Positions 1-13,399 are shown, counted from the whole stretch's first letter. The stretch: 63,994 bases of DNA, filler included, from Reticulomyxa filosa (GCA_000512085.1; 24 parts of 24 records of this genome joined end to end with filler, not necessarily neighbours in it), one strand, 5' to 3'. Notes: generated by a model from the letters alone, not told the origin. Made by a program: numbers and translations.

Positions 1-1396
1 TTAAATTCGTTGAAATTACTCCAAGTGATTTTGCACAAAAATTATAAGCATCATCTTTATCTTTCAATCCATCGATCAAAGTATTAATTGCATTTTCAGT
101 TGTTTCTCATTTAATTTCTCTGAAATTACTCCAAGTGATTCTGCACATGATTCACGATTCCATTGATTCTTTTAACCCATGAATGCAAGCACTGAAAACT
201 CTATCCAATTGTTTATCATTCAATTTTGTTGACATTGTTTCAAGTGATTGTCCACATAATGCACAAATACATTCACTTTCATCTTTTAATCCATTTAAAC
301 GTTCGAAAACATCATCCAATTGCTTTTTGTTTAATTTCATTGAGAGATATCCAATAGATTTTGCATACAATTTTCGATTCTTTTCATCCTCACCTATGAG
401 TCTATTGATTAAACATGTGAAAATATTGTTACTTTTGATTACATTTATTTGAAATTCTTTCAAGTATTTTGATGCACTTGATACGAATATTTTGATGTTC
501 ATTTTTATCATTTAACTTATCCATCAGATAATTCAATTCAATGTTCATTTGTCTTTCATTCAATCTCTGTGCAATTTCATAAAGTAGAAAAGCGTAGTTA
601 TCACCATATATACATTCCCAATTGAATCTATTAATGAAATAATTAAAAGCATTATCGAATTGTTTCCCAGACAATTTCACTGTAATTGTTTCAAGTGCTT
701 TTCCATACTCCCAATAATCATCTTCATTGAGCATGTCTTTTAAAGAATTGAAAGCATCATTCAATTGTTTTTCCATTTCATTGAGAGTTTTCCAAATAAT
801 TTTGCGCATTTGGTACGATTATTTGCATCTTCCTTTTCATAGGATAATCGATTAATCAAACATTGAAAAACACCACCTAATTGTTTTTCTTTCAATTTCA
901 TTAGAAATTGAGTCGCACCTGTAAAAAAACCATTATTATAAAAATATGAAGGAAACATATGAATGAAATATTGGAATGCATTATCCAACTGTTTTCCTCC
1001 CAATTGTGATGAAATCGTTGCAAGTGCGTGTACACATTTATTACAAATTGTAATTATCCCACTCTCAAAGGCATTCATCAAACATTCAAACACTTTATTC
1101 AATTGTCTCTCATTCAATTTCAATGCTATTTTTGAAATAAGCATTAATATAATTTTGAATACCTTGTGATTGGAATCCAATAACATTCAACATTCCTGGA
1201 TTGTTTAGATATTCACACATTGCATTGGGTCGACTTGTCATAATTATTGAATATTTTTGATTTGAAGTGCAATGTTTCAACCATGATTGTAAATTAGTAT
1301 TATTTTGAATTTCATTAACAATTTCATCAAATCCATCTAATAGTAATAACAATCCATTCATTAAATGAATAATGCATTTGGTGTCATTTATATTCC
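1..1396 (-). pseudogene. NACHT NTPase + HEAT/PBS-lyase-like repeat gene, partial, frameshifted and internally deleted
   Basis: NACHT Walker B LLLLDGFDEI and IIMTSRP (ORF 1110-1361), followed by repeats of the type LNEKQLDxVFxCLINGLKD...CAxSLGxIS spread over three frames. Confidence 0.75.
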
Positions 1397-1496
1397 NNNN
1401 NNNNNNNNNNNNNNNNNNNNNNNNNNNNNNNNNNNNNNNNTTAATTAATTAANNNNNNNNNNNNNNNNNNNNNNNNNNNNNNNNNNNNNNNNNNNN
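1397..1496. other. Artificial contig-joining linker N44-TTAATTAATTAA-N44 (first of 23; others start at 6613, 8052, 10530, 13157, 16622, 19135, 20251, 22235, 24210, 25546, 37925, 39025, 40483, 45049, 46341, 48656, 51622, 53114, 54787, 57065, 59623, 62598)
   Basis: Identical 100-bp block recurs; TTAATTAATTAA gives stop codons in all six frames; genes are truncated at its borders. Confidence 0.98.
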
Positions 1497-1512
1497 ACAA
1501 AAAGGGGGGGCA

Positions 1513-1767
1513 CTATATGAACAACAGCAAAAAAAAAAAAGAACGTAACGTGATAGTGCCGTTTTTGGCGTTAGCAATAATACCGTAGCATTGGTTAATT
1601 TCATTTACCAAATCTTGAACTGACACACCATACTTAATACCTTGGAAAGATGGTCCAAATGAGTCCACGGATACCCAAATAATCAAATCTTGATCGGCAT
1701 ATCCATTGTGGGACTTCAGCCAGCTATTCAATTGACCGAGGTTCATGTGAGTTCCATAGTGTCCCAA
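1513..1767 (-). pseudogene. Peptidase C39-like (papain-fold) protein fragment
   Basis: NLGQLNSWLKSHNGYADQDLIIWVSVDSFG...GIIANAKNG resembles protist C39-like proteins; the catalytic Cys region is not seen. Confidence 0.4.
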
Positions 1768-1794
1768 CTTGAAAAAATGTTTTTACATTTTCTT

Positions 1795-1885
1795 ATTCAG
1801 CAGTGAGTTTTTGCAACCCCGCCTCCAATGCATACTCGACTTGAAACAAACACCTCTCGGGACTGAATATATTGATGCCGTAGTC
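1795..1885 (-). pseudogene. Proteasome alpha-subunit N-terminal fragment
   Basis: My translation DYGINIFSPERCLFQVEYALEA matches the alpha-subunit signature (YDxxxxxFSPEGRLFQVEYA), then a stop follows. Confidence 0.6.
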
Positions 1886-3278
1886 TAATCTTTGTTGTTT
1901 TGTGTTTGTGACGATATTGTTTTCTCATCTCCTTTATTGTTATTTTTTTTGTTCCTTGACCCTCCCTAGAAGTCATAATTCCATACACCCACATATTGGA
2001 AGTGAACATGTTTTAATATTCCCGATGATTTTTTTTTTTTTCTGTCCCTTGTACTTTTATCTTTCCTTTTTTTATTAAACTTCAAAATATTTCTGCACAA
2101 TTGCACGTACTCTTTCAGAGAAAAAAGTATATTTTACCCATGTCGATCAAAAAATCCGTTTGTGTAAGCAATAGAATACTTTTTGAACATTTATTAAATT
2201 TTTACACGCTGATGTTTATATTCTGCTAATACTTCTCTTCATCTAACATCAAACTTAACAAACAAAATAAAAACAAATCTTTCAAAATAAATTAAAAGAC
2301 GTAAATTCCTAATTAATCTTGTAAGTGATTTTTTTCCCATCAAGTTTATATCTCGAAAACTTACTGATGTCTAAAAGTGATTATCAGTATTGTTTGAAGT
2401 GGTGGAATATTTGGAATTCACAATACGATTTTCACATATCAGAACTGTCCTTCCTAAAAAAAAAAACATTAAATATTTAAATAAAAAAAATATAATTAAC
2501 TTGTCAGTGTAGCCACTAACACGATTAAACCAAAAAATATCGCTAACAGCGTAATACAAATCATCGCAGACTTGGATCTTTATCAAAATTATCAACGTAT
2601 AACAGCACTGCGATATTTACACTTTGAACAAGTATAATTCTGCCATATATCAGCAATTTAAATGCTGACATATGGCGATCATTTTATTTAAATATATCTT
2701 TTTTTTTTCTTGCATGTTAACAAGTTAAAAAAAAATAGTTGAAAATTTATCAAAAAATTCATTTTTTCAAACTTAAAAAAATTTTGATTCAATGACATTA
2801 TAAAAAAATTGTCAGTATTGAAAATATTTGTATTTTTTGTATTTATTTCTTGTTTTATTCATCTATGATATAATGATTTGTAAATCTTTAATTTATTACA
2901 TTACTTTTAAAGTGAAACTAAAAAGAACTATTGATTTTTTATATCATTAATATCACTATATCACATTTATAAATTCAAATTTATTGTTGTTTTATTTTTT
3001 CAAATATTATTTTTAATATTATTTAAACATCAACGTTTTTAAGATAAATTCATTTTTGAGAAAAATTTACTGATAATACGTTTTCACAAAGTGTCTTGCA
3101 AGAGATCCAAATTTTATTTTTATTTTTTTACGAAGATGGGTTTGAAGACAGATTGAAACTTAAAATTGAAAAAATATACGTTTTTAAAAATTTTCTTATT
3201 AATTGAAAAAATAAAAATGTTTTTTCATAGTTGAAAGGGAGGAAAAAAAAAGAATTTAACTAGCGATATAAAGAGTGC

Positions 3279-6200
3279 ATGACCGAATCAAATAGGAAAA
3301 GCGAATATGTATTACCAAACATCTTTGTCCTCTCCAGACATGTGTGTGCACGAACGAAGCGGCATGTCTTGCCGTTATATCAATCAATCAAGTTCGAGCA
3401 CATGTCCCAAAAGGAACAAAATCAATACCAGTTGCCACAAGAGGAAAATAGCATGAAAAAAGTGGAGAGAAAGCAATCCATTTCAATGTTTGTTTGCGTA
3501 TATTTATGTATATGTGCATGTTGCAAGATATTCAATGATGACTTTTTGTAGGAAATGTAAAGAGAAAGAAATGGTAAAATCATCTTCCAGCATCTATTTC
3601 AACTTTGTGACCGAGGCCGTGAACAATTTGGTTCAACCAGTTTTGCATACATATGTACCATAAACAAAAAAAAAAATTTTGATGTATATATTTATGTATA
3701 ATAGAGCCTAAAGGATAAAAGAGATGAAAGATTGGAGTGGTTAGTGCAAGAAATGGCACCCAATCAAGAAACAAATCTGAGCGTGAGAGAAGAACGTAAA
3801 GAAGCAGAAGTGAACAAGACGACGAAGAATGATGACGAACAAAAGATAAGAGCCGATTGGAGCAAGAGCAACAAGTACGACCGAGTGGTGCAATTGCAGG
3901 ACTGTATTATGGACTCTGTCAAAGCAGACGATTTTTATGACAAAGACGATGTAAGATACGACGACATTGAGACAAATGCTACAAATAAGTTGAAGACATT
4001 GCAAAGGAACCCATTGAATGAAAAAGAGGACGAAAGTGAGGAAATGAATGAATTGCAAGTGCAACGATGCAAATTTTTGTTGGGAGTGAGATTTGTGGAA
4101 GCTTGTGTGAATCTGGATGTAACAAAGGTGCATCGATTATTGGAGTATTGGATCGAACAGAAATGGGATGTAATCACACCAAAGTTATTGGAAATTGTTT
4201 CCGTCGTGCGTGTTGACAACTTTGCCAAACATGAATTTCAGCTTGCTTCTCTTTTATGGACTCTCCGACATATCTCAGCTGTCAATGATGTCTTGGATGT
4301 TTGGAAGCGCTTTGGATTTGATGAAAAGGTAAAGTACGTTATATACGTATATAGAGGAGCGAAAAAAGATTTTTTTTTTATCGTGATTGCCACCTAACGG
4401 GCAACAACGACAAACAATATAACAAAATAAACCTTTGGACAAAATATAACCAATGAATTGCAATTATCGATAGATCTGTTGTATCACTTGTTTCAAGTGA
4501 GCACGAACAACACGACGATAATAGAGGCGGTAATGACACTCTGTCCAAGTCTGTCCATTTTCGACAAAGATGCACTTTGCACCTGTCCATTTGCTCCACT
4601 GCTTGCTGACCACTTGCTAAACAATTACTCTTCTTTCAAGCTCTTTCTTCGTGTCTTTCTATTGAGACAACAATCCGTTTACGTATACATAAATGTACAT
4701 ATACATATATACATTTATGCATACGTATACGTTACAGTAATGCACGCCCCGCCATACGTATACTTTTTTAGAAAATGTTGGAATGCATATAAATAAATAA
4801 ATAAATATATATATATGTGTATATATATATGTATTTATATTTATTTATTTATTTATTTAGAAAGATGCAAGTCACAAGAAGGATATATTTGATCCGAACA
4901 TTTGTTATGTACTGGTGATAAACTCCACACAACAATATACGATGGAGGTGAATGAGAAATGCAACGAAGGCTTCAATGTATTGAATATGGTAATCGAAGA
5001 GTGCGACTTGGAATGCCTGAAACAGGTGATAAGATTAGGTGGGAAGATGGAGTTGCCTTCCAATACTAACAACAGCAACAGCAACAACAACAAGAGCAAG
5101 GACGATGCAAATGATACACTGCAAAAAGTGTACAAGAGATTCCTCATGGCAGAGAAACATTTGCAAGATATTGAATCAGATGGGGAGATCGATAACAATC
5201 ATCGTGAGTTGTTCAAGCTTGTTCTGCTGACCTTGACCGCCACTCCATCTAGTGTGATGCGCTATCTGTATTCCAAGTGGCGGGACATACGCTCCATTCT
5301 AATCCACGATTGTGTAGGTGAAGTTCTAATTCAATGCTACGGCTTTGAGGTGGTATATAACAATGCGATTGTGTTCATTAACGACAACGTCAACAACTCC
5401 CGACACTCGATATGGACGAATGTGTCGTTGTCGATACTTCGTTACTTTAAAAAAGTGTGCGAGCAAACAATCAATAACAGTGATCAAAATAACAATAAAA
5501 AGATTCTTCCAACAATGGAAACTTTCATCTCCATCGCTCAATCTCTTTTTGTATCTAACAAATTTGATTCATTGTGTTTCAAAGTCATGTCCGATGGCAA
5601 ATTGCGATTGTCTAAAGTTTGGTGTCACTTCTTCTTTTAAAAATATATATATATATACGTACATATATAAATAATAATAATAATAATAATAATAAGTTAA
5701 TAGCATTTTTACTATCATCGAAAAGCATACAACTCTTGCTGTCGGACAAAGGAAGTGATCAATCGACGAAACAAAGATGCGCGAAATTGAAAATGGTGAC
5801 AGTGATATTTTCGTGCATTGAAAAGTACTTGGCCACGGCGTATCAAATGGAGTTGTTTCAACTCTCCAAGCAGGATAGTCCATTTTTCCGAGTCCTCTAT
5901 TTCAAATTCCTCGCCTTTGTCTTTACTATCCACAAGATCCTACTTTTGCCATATTACCCGGTCTTGGATAATAGCTCGCACTTTTTGGGCATTGATTTCA
6001 AACAAGTTAAATTATATTATATACATATATACGTATACACATATATATATGTACACATGTATATATGTATGTACAAATAATTTTGTTGTTGTTGTTGTTG
6101 TTGTTGTGGAAAAAGTATGAGATAGAAGAAAAAAGTGAGATTGACAACAAAGTACTAGTAGCCGAACTGAATGTGCTGAAGCGAATGTTAACGGAGTGGC

Positions 6201-6384
6201 ACGAGAAATGGTGCAACACAATGTACAAGACGTTGTTTCAAAGGGCAATGAGTACGTTGCACGACAGTTCGAACTTGAACGAGACGAATGTGCATCGCTT
6301 TTCGCTGATCATACATAGCTATTACTGCTTCTCGCAAGTTGTGTGGAACATGCAGAAAGACTATCAACAAGTGATGGAGACAAT

Positions 6385-6426
<42 letters not shown>

Positions 6427-6612
6427 CGAAGAAGATAAAGATGACAGTGATACTAAAGACAATGACAAGACTTGTTCTCAAATGATTACTCGAAATACTC
6501 ACCAAGCTCGTATCGAATTTCAACGGATTGTCTCACAACATCAAACAAACTTGTTCTTTTTTTTTTTTTTTTTTTGTGAATACGTATAACGTATACGTAT
6601 ACGTATACATTG
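3279..6612 (+). CDS. Multi-exon hypothetical protein, mostly helical with Asn-rich tracts; 3' truncated
   Basis: Successive long plus-strand ORFs (3732-4397, 4458-4796, 4915-5640, 5619-6080, 6065-6589) separated by AT/(TA)n intron-like segments. Confidence 0.6.
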
Positions 6613-6712
6613 NNNNNNNNNNNNNNNNNNNNNNNNNNNNNNNNNNNNNNNNNNNNTTAATTAATTAANNNNNNNNNNNNNNNNNNNNNNNNNNNNNNNN
6701 NNNNNNNNNNNN

Positions 6713-7321
6713 CACACAACTGACATTTAACTCGGGATAGTCCAAAAAATGCTGCATTGATTTGACACTTAATTTGTAAAACTGTGGACAATTGAATAAA
6801 TTTGTAGGGGAAAGATTTTTGCAAATAACTTGCAAACATAAAGGGATCATTATTTCCAACTTGTTCAACACGCATTCATCGAGCAATGTCAGTGAGGTGT
6901 TTATATCCGCCGACAAAACAAATTTGTCACAACATTGACCTAGATACGAAATTTGATACTTATCACATATCATTCGCACTTTTACCACATTCTCAAAGGA
7001 AATTCTGGGATCGTTGCAATATGCATAACTTACTACACATTTGAACGCTTTTGTATCTACATCAGGGAGTGGAATCACTGCATTTTTTTCCGATTCTTGC
7101 ATTGATCCATACAATAAAGCGAAAAATACTGGACTTATTACAGCTATTAATGCTCTATTCACATTCACTTTTGTTTCCTCACTACCAGTAATAAAAACCA
7201 CGTCACTGAATTTAGGTTCATTTATTAATCTCTGCAAATTTTTTCGTTGCTCAGATTGTATATCCATTGTATAGTCCATCGGCATCATCAGGTAAGAATC
7301 GGTCAAAGAGATTTGTTTCAT
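6713..7321 (-). CDS. BTB/POZ (+BACK-like) domain protein, 3' truncated
   Basis: FSDVVFITG...VNRALIAVISPVFFALLYGSMQES...IPLPDVDTKAFKCVVSYAY. Confidence 0.9.
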
Positions 7322-7860
7322 TTTATGCTATAATGGTTTTCCTTTTTATTTTACCAGTTTGAAAATAAAATGAGTCCACAAAACACCACTTCTCATCAAG
7401 TGTAGCACATATTAGTGATGGGTTCTGAAATTAAAACTGTTTACTTCGATATGCAGTTTTAAAAATTTTGATCGTTTTTGAAAATTGTGTTCGCTCCAAC
7501 AACTGAAGAGACTTGGCCGCACCACAATTCAATAGCATAGTTACCGATTATTTTGTTTATTGTTTGAAGAAAATTGGAAAGAAAAACAAAAAATCTTAAA
7601 AATGCCGAAAATTTTAATTTACGTGTAAGAAAAAGCTGAAGTTGTTTTTTTACTTTAATTTTAAGATGAATCAAAAACTCTCTAACACATTTTTTCTTGA
7701 AAAATCCAAAAATAATACGAAACAATAAACTTTTGTCACACAAAGCGGCACACCACTTCAAACAAACTCCAAGAGTCAAAAAATAATTCCTCAAATATCA
7801 TATTATCAATTTCGACGTAGAAGAAGTTGTTCCTGTTTTGTCAAAGTTTTGAGCTTAATG

Positions 7861-8051
7861 TTAAATAATCAAGCAAAAACAACTATTCCGATGCTAGATG
7901 ACTTCAATTGAAATGCTTGTGAAAGTTAACAAAGACAGTGCTGTTGGACAATATGAAATTCCGAGAGATGAAATTTTTGTGGCATCGAAAGTATGGAATG
8001 ACAAGCAAGAGTATGAAGCAACCATTGAGTCTTGTAACCAAAGTCTAAAAA
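7861..8051 (+). pseudogene. Aldo-keto reductase N-terminal fragment
   Basis: LNNQAKTTIPML then IPRDEIFVASKVWNDKQEYEATIESCNQSLK (AKR consensus PREELFITTKLWN); the intervening GFGT/DTA region is not seen. Confidence 0.65.
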
Positions 8052-8151
8052 NNNNNNNNNNNNNNNNNNNNNNNNNNNNNNNNNNNNNNNNNNNNTTAAT
8101 TAATTAANNNNNNNNNNNNNNNNNNNNNNNNNNNNNNNNNNNNNNNNNNNN

Positions 8152-9423
8152 CATGAAACAATCGAGTATTAAAAAAAAAAAGAAAAAATATATATGTACA
8201 TACATATTATAAACATTTATATACACACATATATGTAATATAATTAAATAAACTTGGATAAGGAAGGGAGAGAAATAAATGACAAAAAAAAAAACAAGGT
8301 AACTGTGTGGCAGAATGATTTCCCCAGATGATAACATTTGACACTGCTCTGACTTTTACTCCCAATTTGTGGGCCAATTGAGTAGTGGCACGATTTTGAT
8401 CTAATCGAGTCAAAGCGGCAAAGTTGCGTTTTGGGATTTTGGTGGCATATCTACTGCAAATTAAGGTGTTGGTGTTTGCTGGATTGGCCACTACCAATAC
8501 CTTGCATGTTTCTTTTGCATATTTTTGTAAACTTTCACCCATGCTTTGGAAGATGGGGCTATTCTTGGCCAACAAATCTTTTCGTTCCATACCAGGACCA
8601 CGAGGAAATCCGCCTACAAGGACAGCATAATCGACATCTTTAAAAGCCTACAAAGTTCATTTGTTAACAAAAGGTGGAAAGGAGGGAGGAACGGGGTGCA
8701 AAACTTGAAATGAACTTTGGACTTCAAAAAAAAAAAAAAAAAAGTGCACTCTCATCACGTGATATTGATAAAACATAGCACGTAACAACAGGATGATCGG
8801 AGGTGGGGATGACAGCTTCGACCAAGGGATAAGCACCATCTTCAATTTCCATGGCGACACCGCTCAAAGCTTTCAATGCAGAAGGAATTTCCAGCAATGT
8901 CAATATCAAGGGCTGGTCTGTTCCCAAAACTTGTCCACTGGCAAATAATGGGATCAACGCATATCCTACTTGTCCAGCTGCTCCAGTAATTACCACACGC
9001 AAAGGTTTTTTCACCACTGTTCGAGCTGGCCGATTTTGTCCTAAAATTTTTTTTTTTTTTTTCCCCCATTGTATTGGAACAAAAAAAAAAAAATTGATGA
9101 TCATTAAATGACAAAATAAATAGCTTTGAAAAGACAAAATAAACAAATTACAAACTTAAGTCGTCGACTTCTCCTCGGACCTCCTTCAAGTATTTACTAG
9201 CAGTGGACCGAAATTCCTGTTCGGTTAGTGTACTGCTGGTTGTCAACAGTTTTTTCGTTTCGACCAAATCTTTGTGAATTTTTTGCAAAGCGCTGTCTTT
9301 CACGCTCAAACATTTCTTTTGTTTTTCAATTGTCTCTTGGTCACTCACGAGATGTCCACGCAGATGACGAAGTTTCTCGATCAATAATGCTGTTTCTTCG
9401 GCTGAAAGACCTGTGCTGGACAT
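8152..9423 (-). CDS. MDH1: Cytosolic-type NAD malate dehydrogenase with an N-terminal coiled-coil extension; 3 exons visible, 3' truncated
   Basis: [70 protein letters not shown]; exons about 9423-9156, 9040-~8790 and 8648-~8300. Confidence 0.95.
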
Positions 9424-9805
9424 TGCTTGATGCTTGGTTTTACACAAGTGACAGTGCAAAAATTATAAAAAGACAAAACAGTTGTGGACCCAAAAAAATT
9501 TTTCGGCAATTCAATGTAAATACTTTATTTTTTTTGTTTGTTCCACACGATCTGCAAGCATTCACAATTGAAATTGCTGCTAAGATTGGATCAAAAATAA
9601 AACTGGTTGTGTGCTTAAATAATCAAATTTTGGTAGATGAAAAACATAAAAAAGTTTAACCGTTCTAGACAAAAAATGTTTTACTACAAACGAGTCTATG
9701 AATATGGAGAGCCTTAAATCAGGTGTACACAACAGCGCTGGTAGTGTAGTAAAAGGACACAAAGACGAAAGCAAAAAGTTCAATAGTAAATAAATATTAA
9801 TTAAA

Positions 9806-10529
9806 ATGTTATTACATGCAGAAGAAGACACTGAAAAGAATGAAGAAAAGCTGGAGATTTTGTTGGAAGGTTGCCACAATAAAGAATGGGTATCATTTAC
9901 AACAAGCAAGGAGGAACTGAAAAAACTCACTTGCTTAATTTGCCATCAAATTGCGGAAAACGCAATTGAACTGCACTGCAAAGAGCACGAAGAAACGGAA
10001 CAGCTATTGATATTTGGAGAACAATGTCTGAAAAAATATTTGGAAGAGAACAATGGAAAATGTCCAGTGAATCAACATTGTGACTGTCAATATTTCAAGA
10101 ACAAAATGCTACGATTGCAAATTTCGGAATTAGTCGTTGTATGTCCACTTCAATATGAATTAACTGTTGGTAACTTGAGCAAACAAGAAAAAGAAGAACA
10201 TAATCACACATCAAAAGAAGGTTGCGAAACAGATGTCATTGTTTTGAATGATTCGTCATGTAATTACAAAGGAAAAATAGCAGACATCAAAAATCATTTG
10301 AAGTCATGTAAATTAGCTCTTAAGCAAAATACAAAAAAACAGTTTGATTTGATGACTCAGCAAATTACCCTCTTGAATCAACAGTTAAAACAAAACGAAG
10401 AGCGTTGCGAACGTTTGCAGTCCGAATTGCAAGTCGAAAAGAATCAGACTACTCTATGTCTAGTTTTGATATACATACATATATGTAAATGTTTACTTTT
10501 ACCCCGTTTTCTAAAGTTGAACTAACTTT
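9806..10529 (+). CDS. RING-like/TRAF-type zinc-finger + coiled-coil protein, 3' truncated
   Basis: CLICHQIAENAIELHCKEH...GEQCLKKYLEENNGKCP...H...VVCPLQ...CNYKGKIADIKNHLKSC followed by a coiled coil. Confidence 0.8.
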
Positions 10530-10718
10530 NNNNNNNNNNNNNNNNNNNNNNNNNNNNNNNNNNNNNNNNNNNNTTAATTAATTAANNNNNNNNNNNNNNN
10601 NNNNNNNNNNNNNNNNNNNNNNNNNNNNNCAATGTGTTTTTATTTTTTTTCCCTTCCCCCTTCCACACACCCCTTTTTTTTTTTTTTTTTTCTCGCTCAC
10701 TTCTCGATGTTGTGTTAC

Positions 10719-10954
10719 AGGCCATTTCGAACAACAGCAGTAGTAACAACAATAACAATTCGCTGGGCCCGGCCAACAATCGTCAAAGACTTCTTCCTCA
10801 AGCAATTCAAAAAAATGGACAGTTACGAAAGGAAAATGGAATGGGACCAAAATCACCACAACGTATACGATCCACACGACCTGTTCATCGGCCTTTGTCT
10901 CATCACTCTACACATAAAATGCAAGGCTTGAGATCTGCTCCTGGGGGATATTAA
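10719..10954 (+). CDS. Last exon of an unidentified protein
   Basis: AG acceptor after a poly-T tract; open frame ends ...RSAPGGY*. Confidence 0.4.
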
Positions 10955-12579
10955 TCAAATTTTAACCATAAATATTTTGTTCTTGGTTGTTTTTTTTTGT
11001 TGTTGTTTGTTTCCTTCTTCCCTGGAAAAGAAGGAAAAAAACTCTCTTTTCAGGGAGAGAAGTTCATGAAATTTCTTACGAAATTGTATTACACATTAAA
11101 TCTAATCCCCTACTCCCCCATGGACAATATAACATAGCTTGTGCTGAAAGTTTATATTTTCACAACACAAAGCGAAACTAAAACCAAATCAAACAAAAGT
11201 GTTTATACTTGTTTTTGAAATGCTTCTCCGTATCCTTGTGCTGTTTTCAACTAATATAAATTGTAATCTGGAATCACATGAATGCAAATGTACTGCAAAT
11301 TGCCGACACACTTGCCTTGCTTTTTATTCGCAATTACACAGCCACTGTTTTGTCATAGATATTAATTTCCGAGGATCACTTGTGCGTATCTTTCTACTGC
11401 AATTGTAATATTCAAATTATGACAGTACAGTATTCAATAAACTGTTATCCAGGCAGTTCGCGTTCTATTGAGATTAACGTACATAGAAATAATAGTTAAT
11501 TTTGAGCACTATTGTAGTATTTAATGCAAAGAACAAATGAAAAAATTTTAAAGACTAGTTAGTTGATTGCTTTGAACTTTTTTTTTTTAATTGTCAGTTA
11601 AGAAAGTGACTTGAGTTTTAATATGTTATGTTGAGCTTGTTTTACAAGAAATCATTGCCCTTTGACACTTGAAACCACAACAAACTTGTCCCGTTAATAA
11701 GACAACGTTTCAAGCTTGCAACACACGTGAAGCTGCACAAGTACTGGAACAAAGTGTATGTGAATACAGACAAAGACTATGAATGTGTCTAAGTGACAAG
11801 GACGAACAGAAAGGTATAATTGTTTGGAAATGAGTGTGCCTGTTAGAAAAGCGCTGCAATTTAAAGCAAAACAAATAACGCAACAAAGCCACCAAAAGAA
11901 AGTATTTTTTGAGATTGAAGTGATGGTCATGCAACGTCATCAAAAAGCATAAAAACAATGTAGATTCACTAAACATTGAATTTTAATTATAAACTGTATT
12001 TGAGCAATTGTAAATACTTTTTGTTGTTGAAAAACAGAACATCTATCAGAGTAGAGTTAGTATAGTGTTATTTTAGATTATATTCAATGATTTCATTGTT
12101 TTCAAATTAATTCAATTTTTCTGGAAAATATGCTATGAACAATAAATCATTATTCTACTAATCAACCCACGCAATCCTAATAAATTATTTTTTAATTTTT
12201 TAATGTCTTTATTATGCTTTATCCAAGTATTAAGGTTGAAAAATGGAATCATGTTTTTTCGATATGTTATTTCGTGTTTTTAAATTCTTATTTGCATGAG
12301 ACTCCAAATTCTAGTGAATTAATAACAACGTCATTATGTGTGAACAAAGTAGTTTTTAAATCTAAGTATATATTACCGCTTTGATGAACTTATTCTAAAA
12401 CAATGATTATGTAAAGCAAATAATCACAAACTTTTGTGTATTCTGAATTTCCAAAATGCTCCTTCTATTCATTGCTTTCAAAAAAAATTGATAACATTCC
12501 TTTTTTTAACAGAACTTTTCAAGACAAAGAAAAAATTTTAAAAAATCATTAGCCTTGAGTGTGGAAGGAGAAGAAAAAA

Positions 12580-12795
12580 ATGGAATCTTTTTCAAGTTCT
12601 AGCTGTTACAACAAAGTCAGGATTTTATTCAACAAACAGCAAACTAAACACATTAGCTTTGCTGTCTTTGCAATCAAATTGCAAATAATGCAATGAAGTT
12701 ACATTGTGATGAACATTAGAGTGTAGAATAATTGATTTGATGAGAAATGGTTTCAAAGTTTTGAAACAAAACAATGGAGAATGTCCAATTCAAAT
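12580..12795 (+). pseudogene. Decayed copy of the RING-like/TRAF family gene
   Basis: SCYNK..., CNQIANNAMKLHCDEH*, KQNNGECPIQ match the 9806 protein but carry stops and frameshifts. Confidence 0.7.
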
Positions 12796-13090
12796 TTAAT
12801 ATATTATCTATCTTTCATTGGAAAAAAATAACAAATAACATGTGTTAGCAATTATTGATATATTTTTTTACTCTGTTTAGTGAATGCAATCTACTATCAT
12901 CAATGGACATAATTGAAATGACAATAAATGAATGTCCTTCGATACATTAGTTAAACCAATGAATAATCTTCCAAATTAAATGTTTAAAATTTGATTTATA
13001 CAAGTTCAATTTATGAAATAATATCTGTTGTTTGCAAAAATACAAAAAATTTAAATGTAAGCTGTTAAACAATATTCAAAGATCCAAATA

Positions 13091-13156
13091 CAGTAGGATA
13101 AAAAAGAAAGTCGACACATAAAATGCCACCTTATAGAGATGATTGTGTTTCTCCAT
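13091..13156 (+). mobile_element. Candidate Tc1/mariner (pogo-like) or MITE terminal sequence, copy 1
   Basis: TA followed by CAGTAG; 54/66 ungapped identity to 54604-54669; the contig ends inside it. Confidence 0.55.
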
Positions 13157-13399
13157 NNNNNNNNNNNNNNNNNNNNNNNNNNNNNNNNNNNNNNNNNNNN
13201 TTAATTAATTAANNNNNNNNNNNNNNNNNNNNNNNNNNNNNNNNNNNNNNNNNNNNCCCCCCCCCCCCCTTTCACTCTTCAGTTAGTCCATTTTATCCAC
13301 TTACACACAGTGCACATAAATGTGTATACTTACAAAACATAGAAAAAAAAACGAAACGATGGACTAAGAGAAGGATAAAAAAACGGAGTAAGCAGCAAA

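Noticed and set aside
11199-11976. Cys-rich short ORFs as a gene
   Set aside because: No recognisable motif or consistent frame
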